Source: Arcobacteraceae bacterium
GTDB taxonomy: Bacteria > Campylobacterota > Campylobacteria > Campylobacterales > Arcobacteraceae
Direction of reading: 5' to 3'
Length of the DNA: 64,000 bases
Assembly: GCA_963662945.1 (NCBI GenBank)
Contig: OY759974.1
Span: forward strand, 2,144,001 to 2,208,000
Shown: in pieces, positions 58,655 to 64,000 of the stretch
How positions within the stretch are numbered: position 1 is the stretch's first letter
Layout: the number at the start of each line of letters is the position of its first letter
Notes under the pieces: generated by a model
What the model was told of the DNA's origin: nothing
Database searches by the model: none
The model's input: the letters and a program-made list of their open reading frames with translations, nothing else
Translations under genes and position numbers: made by a program

Positions 58655-60049
58655 TTAATTAATTGATTTGGAGATATCTTTTATTGCATTGAAAAATACT
58701 TCTGAAAAAGCTTTTACAGCAATAGGAATCTCTTCTTCTAGAAATCCTCCAAATCCCATGCATATAGCTTGAATTGTCGCAGTAGAATCATAGTGTATAT
58801 AATAAAGTTTTATTTTTTTATCTTCTGCTTCTTTATTGAGTTTGTCCCAATCTAATATTACAGTAGGTACAATTACTATAGATAAACCACTCCCTTCTCT
58901 TAATATGGAGATATATTTATCTAAATACAATAATAAATTTTTTTTCATAATATCGTGTTTTTTTCTATTGAGCGTACGAGTTTTACGAATATGTTTTTCC
59001 CAATAACCTTCTTTTATAAAAAGTTCAAGTGTTTTTTGTGTATCAATTGGTACCCCTGAGAAAGGAAAAGTAAATAGATCTTGATATTTTTTTAATAAGG
59101 TTGTAGGTAACACAAGATAACTTATTCTCAGAGCTGGAGAAAGAGATTTTGATAGTGTACCTGTATAGATGACACAATTGTTATGGTTAATACCTTGCAG
59201 TGCTGGTATTGGACGATTGTTATAGCTTAATTCACTGTCATAATCATCTTCTATTATATAAGCATTATTTTGTGTAGCCCATTGTATAAGCTTAAAACGG
59301 TTTGCAATAGGGATCGTAACACCTGTTGGATACTGATGTGATGGGGTTACATATAAGAGTTTCGATTGACTTTTTTCTATATCTTTTAAACTAATTCCAC
59401 TTGAATTTATAGGAATATCTTCAATAGAATAATCAAATTGCTTGAATACCTGTTTCACAACATTATATCCTGGAAATTCAATTGCTAGTTTTGAAGTAAA
59501 AGATTTCAATAAAGAAGCAATAATAAACATAGAGTCTGCAAATCCACTACACACTATAATTTGTTCAGGAGTAGATTGTACTCCTCTGCTACTACTGAGG
59601 TATTTAGATATTTGTATTCTAAGTGAAAGTTCCCCTTGTTTATTTGGATATTCTCCAAAATCAATTGTATCATTCATAACTTTATTATGTAATCGTGTCC
59701 ATAATTTATTTGGAAAATTATTATTGTGGAGTTGAGCTGGAAAGAAGTTATATAAAAAATTAGATGTTTCTGGTGGAGAAGATTGTTTTTTAGATTTATT
59801 AAAAGGTAGATAATGTTCAATTTCATCACTTACAAAATAGCCACTTTGTGGACGACTTTCAATATAACCTTCAGCAAATAATTGACTATAAGCAGACTCT
59901 ACAGTGTTTTTACTTATTTGATAATCTTGAGCCATTTTTCGTATAGAGGGAAGTTTACTCCCTGCTGATAATTCTTTTTCTATTTTTTCTTTTATTTGAT
60001 TATAAAGTTGAATATATAAAGGTGTAGAAGAATTTATTAGTTTATAGAT
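58655..60049 (-). CDS. MocR/PdxR-family GntR regulator with PLP aminotransferase domain; apparent ATC start
   Basis: Frame open 38 codons upstream of the track start (PLYIQLYNQIK...GSKLPSIRKMA); TPSHQYPTG, IIEDDYDSE, SKSLSPALRISY. Confidence 0.85.
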   Translation of the reverse strand: MYKLINSSTPLYIQLYNQIKEKIEKELSAGSKLPSIRKMAQDYQISKNTVESAYSQLFAEGYIESRPQSGYFVSDEIEHYLPFNKSKKQSSPPETSNFLYNFFPAQLHNNNFPNKLWTRLHNKVMNDTIDFGEYPNKQGELSLRIQISKYLSSSRGVQSTPEQIIVCSGFADSMFIIASLLKSFTSKLAIEFPGYNVVKQVFKQFDYSIEDIPINSSGISLKDIEKSQSKLLYVTPSHQYPTGVTIPIANRFKLIQWATQNNAYIIEDDYDSELSYNNRPIPALQGINHNNCVIYTGTLSKSLSPALRISYLVLPTTLLKKYQDLFTFPFSGVPIDTQKTLELFIKEGYWEKHIRKTRTLNRKKHDIMKKNLLLYLDKYISILREGSGLSIVIVPTVILDWDKLNKEAEDKKIKLYYIHYDSTATIQAICMGFGGFLEEEIPIAVKAFSEVFFNAIKDISKSIN

Positions 60050-60098
60050 AACTGTCCTTTTTTTTTATATAAATCTGTACCTTGTAAAAGATACAGTT
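60050..60098. promoter_or_regulatory. Candidate MocR operator repeats
   Basis: AACTGTCC (60050), ATCTGTAC (60073) and inverted GATACAGTT (60090) in the divergent intergenic region. Confidence 0.45.
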
Positions 60099-60152
60099 AA
60101 TTGTTATTATAACACCAGAAAACTTAAATAAGTAGAGTTTATGGAGGATTAT

Positions 60153-60854
60153 ATGAAAACAAAAATAGCAAGAGTTTTATTTATAAAAGTTGGAAAAGTT
60201 ACAACAACAATTTTAGAAAACAGTAAAAGAAAAGAGTTAACTTCTGGAATCAAAAAATATCCAGTACAAAATGCTTTTCTAACAAAAACAGGATTTCTTG
60301 ATGATGAACAAGGTGATTTAGAACATCACGGAGGAGAAAATAAAGCACTTTTTATGTTTTCTCAAAAAACTTATGAAGAGATAAATAAAGAGTGTAAAAT
60401 GGATTTAAATATTGATGAAGTGTCTCATTTTGGAGAAAATATTATTTTTTCAAATGTTTCAGAAGTTGATATATGCGTTGGGGATATTTATCAATTAGGA
60501 GAGGTAAAAATACAGATTACACAACCAAGACAACCATGTTGGAAATTAAGTGCCAATACAAATAAAAAAGAGATGACAAAATTTATTTTTCAAAGTGGTT
60601 TAACTGGTTGGTATGCAAAAGTTTTAATAGAAGGTGTAGTTTGTGTAAATGATGAGCTTATTTTAGAAAAGAGAAAATATCCCAACTTAAGTATTAAAAA
60701 ACTTAATCAACTTATTGTAAATCCATTATTAGATGAAAAAATAACCAACGAAGCACTAAATTGTAAAGTATTAGGAAAGCCTTTTTGGGAGTCATTGTCA
60801 AAAAGATATAAATTTAAAGATGAAGATGAACAGTTTTCATTTTATCATACTTAA
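60153..60854 (+). CDS. MOSC-domain protein (YiiM-like)
   Basis: DEQGDLEHHGGENKA, FGENI, ICVGDI, TQPRQPCWKL, TGWY. Confidence 0.9.
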   Translation: MKTKIARVLFIKVGKVTTTILENSKRKELTSGIKKYPVQNAFLTKTGFLDDEQGDLEHHGGENKALFMFSQKTYEEINKECKMDLNIDEVSHFGENIIFSNVSEVDICVGDIYQLGEVKIQITQPRQPCWKLSANTNKKEMTKFIFQSGLTGWYAKVLIEGVVCVNDELILEKRKYPNLSIKKLNQLIVNPLLDEKITNEALNCKVLGKPFWESLSKRYKFKDEDEQFSFYHT

Positions 60855-60864
60855 AAGGGAAGAG

Positions 60865-62049
60865 ATGAACGAAAACAATTATTTATTGCCATTATATAAT
60901 AGATTAGATGTCTCATTTGTAAAAGGTAAGAATTCTATTTTATATGATGAACAAGGGAGAGATTATGTTGATTTTTCTTCTGGAATTGGTGTGAATAGTT
61001 TGGGTTATTGTGATAAAAAAGTTGTTAAAACGATAACTAAGCAAGCCAATAAAATTTTACACACATCAAATATTTACCATATAAAGTCACAAGAAAAATG
61101 TGCGAAAAAAATAGTTACATTAAGCACCTATGATATGCAGTGTTATTTTTGTAATAGTGGTGCAGAAGCAAATGAAAGTGCCATTAAACTAGCTCGAAAA
61201 TATGGAAATACAGCTTTTTGTAAAACAAAGTATAAAATTATAACCATTAAAAACTCGTTTCATGGAAGAACAATAGCAACTTTAAAAGCAACAGCACAAG
61301 AGGAAAAACATAAATATTTTGGACCTTATCCTGATGGATTTGTTTATGCTGATAATATAAATGGGGCGATAAATTTAATAGATGATGACACTGTTGCAGT
61401 TATGCTTGAACTGATTCAAGGAGAAGGTGGTATCTTTATGCAAGATAAAGAGCAAGTAAAAAAGTTAAGTGAGGTATTGAAAAAAAAGAAATTATTATTG
61501 ATAATAGATGAAGTTCAAACAGGTGTTTATAGAAGTGGAGAATTTCTAATGTCACATCATTATGAGATTAGACCAAATATTATAACTTTAGCAAAAGGCT
61601 TAGCAACAGGAGTTCCAATAGGGCTGATGATGACAGATGTAAGAAATGTTTTAAAGCAAGGTGATCATGGTTCAACTTTTGGAGGAAATCACTTTGCGAC
61701 AACTGTGTCAATTAAGGTTTTAAATATTTTAGAAAAGTATCAAAATAGTGGAAAACTTGAATCAAACATTAAATACTTTAATGATTATTTAGACTACTTT
61801 ATAGAAAGATATCCATCTTTGTTTTTATCAAAAAATGGCTTTGGTTTTATGCTTGGACTCAAACTTAAAGATGAAACAAAGCTCAATGAGATTGTAAAGT
61901 TATCTTTAAAGCAGGGTGTTTTAGTACTAAAATCAGGAAAGGATATAGTGCGATTTTTACCACCATTGAATATATCAAAAAAAGAGATAAAAATAGGATT
62001 TAAAAGATTTGAAAAGGTTGTAATAAAATTGAAAGGAAAAAATATATGA
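60865..62049 (+). CDS. argD: Acetylornithine aminotransferase (class III)
   Basis: DFSSGIGV, CNSGAEANE, SFHGRT, ELIQGEGG, DEVQTG, LAKGL, HGSTFGGN. Confidence 0.85.
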   Translation: MNENNYLLPLYNRLDVSFVKGKNSILYDEQGRDYVDFSSGIGVNSLGYCDKKVVKTITKQANKILHTSNIYHIKSQEKCAKKIVTLSTYDMQCYFCNSGAEANESAIKLARKYGNTAFCKTKYKIITIKNSFHGRTIATLKATAQEEKHKYFGPYPDGFVYADNINGAINLIDDDTVAVMLELIQGEGGIFMQDKEQVKKLSEVLKKKKLLLIIDEVQTGVYRSGEFLMSHHYEIRPNIITLAKGLATGVPIGLMMTDVRNVLKQGDHGSTFGGNHFATTVSIKVLNILEKYQNSGKLESNIKYFNDYLDYFIERYPSLFLSKNGFGFMLGLKLKDETKLNEIVKLSLKQGVLVLKSGKDIVRFLPPLNISKKEIKIGFKRFEKVVIKLKGKNI

Positions 62050-62159
62050 GACATAGAACAAAAACACATTTACTTACACAAGAAGAAGTTGAAAAGTCAT
62101 TTATACGGGCTGTTATTGGTAGAGATGTTATGAAATGTGTAGGAAGATATTATAAATAA
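62046..62159 (+). pseudogene. Short ORF, probable internally deleted remnant of a pyridoxamine-5'-phosphate-oxidase-family gene
   Basis: ATGA overlap with argD stop; MRHRTKTHLLTQEEVEKSFIRAVIGR...GRYYK resembles the fused ends of that family (recalled, not searched). Confidence 0.45.
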
Positions 62160-62163
62160 GAAA

Positions 62164-62181
62164 TAGCAATTTTTGGATTGT
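62164..62181 (+). promoter_or_regulatory. Repeated 18-bp promoter motif, copy 3
   Basis: TAGCAATTTTTGGATTGT, 19 nt before -10 TATGAT (62201). Confidence 0.75.
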
Positions 62182-62233
62182 GTAATGTTGTTAGTTAGGT
62201 TATGATTTTAAAAGTAAATAAAAGGAGATAAAA

Positions 62234-63496
62234 ATGAGTTTTATAAAAAATGAAAGTCTAGAAAAAGCAGATTATGAGGTATTTTCAATAATTGAAAATG
62301 AGTTAAAAAGAGAAACAAATCACTTAGAGATGATTGCATCAGAAAACTTTACTAGTCCTGCTGTGATGGAAGCAACAGGAAGTATTTTTACAAATAAGTA
62401 TGCAGAAGGTTATCCATATAAAAGATATTATGGTGGATGTAAATTTGCAGATCAAGTTGAGCAGTTAGCTATCAATAGAGCTTGTGAAATTTTTGGTTGT
62501 AAATATGCAAATGTTCAACCACATTCTGGAAGTCAAGCCAATAGTGCTGTATATGCAGCATTGTTAAGTGCAGGAGATAAAATTCTTGGTATGGATTTAA
62601 GTCATGGTGGACATTTAACTCACGGAAGTAAACCATCCTTTTCAGGAAAAAATTATAATGCTTTTTCTTATGGAGTGGAACTAAATGGATATATTGATTA
62701 TGATAAAGTTATGGATATTGCAAAAGTTATACAGCCAAAAATTATTATTTGTGGTGCAAGTGCTTATGCTAGAGAACTTGATTTTAAAAAATTTAGAGAA
62801 ATAGCAGATGCTGTAGGAGCAATTTTGTTTGCTGATATTGCACATATTGCAGGACTTGTTGCCGCTGGTGAACATATGTCACCTTTTCCTTATGCTGATG
62901 TTGTTACAACAACTACACATAAAACACTAAGAGGACCAAGAGGTGGTATGATTATGTGTAATGATGAAGAGATTGCAAAAAAACTTAACAGTGCAATTTT
63001 CCCAGGAACACAGGGTGGTCCTTTGATTCATGTTATTGCTGCAAAAGCAGTTGCATTTAAAGAGGTGTTAGATGTTTCATGGAAAGAATATGCAAAGCAA
63101 ATAAAAGCCAATGCAAAAGTATTAGAAAAAGTTTTAATCAATAGAGGATATAATTTAGTAAGTGGTGGTACGGATAATCATCTTGTACTTGTAAGTTTTT
63201 TAAATAAAGAATTTTCAGGTAAAGATGCAGATTTAGCACTTGGAAATGCAGGGATTACTGTAAATAAAAACAGTGTACCAGGAGACACAAGAAGTCCTTT
63301 TATCACAAGTGGTATAAGAATAGGAAGTCCAGCTTTAACAGCACGAGGAATGAAAGAAAAAGAGTTTGAATTTATAGCAAATAAAATTTGTGATATTTTG
63401 GACAATATTCAAGATCTAAAATTACAAGAAAAAATTAATAAAGAATTAGAAGAGTTAGCAGGAAAATTTGTTCTTTATAGTAAATCAACTTTTTAA
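62234..63496 (+). CDS. glyA: Serine hydroxymethyltransferase
   Basis: [45 protein letters not shown]. Confidence 0.97.
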   Translation: MSFIKNESLEKADYEVFSIIENELKRETNHLEMIASENFTSPAVMEATGSIFTNKYAEGYPYKRYYGGCKFADQVEQLAINRACEIFGCKYANVQPHSGSQANSAVYAALLSAGDKILGMDLSHGGHLTHGSKPSFSGKNYNAFSYGVELNGYIDYDKVMDIAKVIQPKIIICGASAYARELDFKKFREIADAVGAILFADIAHIAGLVAAGEHMSPFPYADVVTTTTHKTLRGPRGGMIMCNDEEIAKKLNSAIFPGTQGGPLIHVIAAKAVAFKEVLDVSWKEYAKQIKANAKVLEKVLINRGYNLVSGGTDNHLVLVSFLNKEFSGKDADLALGNAGITVNKNSVPGDTRSPFITSGIRIGSPALTARGMKEKEFEFIANKICDILDNIQDLKLQEKINKELEELAGKFVLYSKSTF

Positions 63497-63510
63497 TAAT
63501 AAAATTAAAT

Positions 63511-63530
63511 ATATTCATTGCCTATGAAGC
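63511..63530 (+). repeat. Direct repeat of the ada 3' end (58602-58621)
   Basis: ATATTCATTGCCTATGAAGC vs ATATTAATTGCCTATGAAGC, 19/20 identical. Confidence 0.7.
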
Positions 63531-63547
63531 AACAAAAAAGGAAACTG

Positions 63548-64000
63548 ATGAAATCACAATTTGAGATAAAAGATAAAAAACTTATAGAGAATATTTTAGC
63601 AATAGTAGAGTATGGAACTTTAGCACTTTGTAAAGATAACAAACCTTATAGTGTGCCAGTAAATTTTGTATACAGTAACGATGTTATCTATTTTCATGGA
63701 AGTAAAAAAGGGAAGAAAAAAGAGTTTATGTTAGATAACTCTTTTGCCTCTTTTAGTATTGTAGAGTCTTATTCTATGATACAGTCATATTTTAGTTCTA
63801 CAGATAATACAGCTTGTAGCGCAACACATTTTTTTAAATCAGTTAGTTGTGATGGAAAAATAGAAATTGTAAAAAACTATGATGAAAAAGCTATAGCGCT
63901 ACAACTTTTGATGGAAAAATTTCAGCCTGAAGGACAATATATACCACTTAGTGATGGAATTTATCAAAAAATGATAGATGCAACAGAAGTTTTTAAATTA
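63548..64000 (+). CDS. Pyridoxamine 5'-phosphate oxidase/NimA-family flavin-binding protein; runs off the window
   Basis: Not in the ORF track. MKSQFEIKD...YGTLAL..KPYSVPVNF...IYFHGSKKGKK...ATHFFKSV. Confidence 0.8.
   Translation, partial: MKSQFEIKDKKLIENILAIVEYGTLALCKDNKPYSVPVNFVYSNDVIYFHGSKKGKKKEFMLDNSFASFSIVESYSMIQSYFSSTDNTACSATHFFKSVSCDGKIEIVKNYDEKAIALQLLMEKFQPEGQYIPLSDGIYQKMIDATEVFKL

Noticed and set aside
21-63405. Numerous 60-120 aa antisense or alternative-frame ORFs in the track (e.g. 659-985, 8807-9139, 39431-39766)
   Set aside because: They lie inside well-supported genes, lack RBS or motifs, and look like shadow ORFs
1-64000. CRISPR arrays, tRNA/rRNA, IS elements, integrases, prophage genes
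   Set aside because: No regularly spaced repeats, GC-rich structural RNA segments or recombinase-like ORFs were seen by inspection

Overview
AT-rich bacterial chromosome segment. Gene content and promoter style suggest Campylobacterota, probably Arcobacteraceae-like (inference). No rRNA, tRNA, CRISPR array or transposase was seen. Three zones: (1) 1-22.4 kb, a Fur-box-rich iron/metal region with two TonB-dependent receptors, tonB, exbBD, a yersiniabactin/pyochelin-type uptake cassette lacking biosynthesis genes, flavodoxin, fur, an Fe(III) ABC importer, two mntP and a CDF exporter. (2) 22.4-49.4 kb, a signalling region (heme-c GGDEF-EAL, Amt-GGDEF fusion, soluble tandem Cache-CheW protein, two dCache-PAS-GGDEF cyclases, an orphan kinase) interleaved with uncharacterised genes. 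Four of these units share a near-identical sigma54 (-24/-12) promoter and include a nitrogenase-associated ArsC-like gene and a MoxR-AAA/VWA pair. (3) 49.5-64 kb, stress and metabolic genes. Signals missed by the ORF track include a 29-aa poly-Leu leader peptide ahead of a short leuA; an 18-bp motif repeated three times at fixed spacing from the -10 box (candidate regulon of an AraC-methyltransferase protein: DMT exporter, ada, glyA); a MocR regulator whose only plausible start is ATC; a GC-richer ThiF gene beside a paralog remnant; and several deletion scars.
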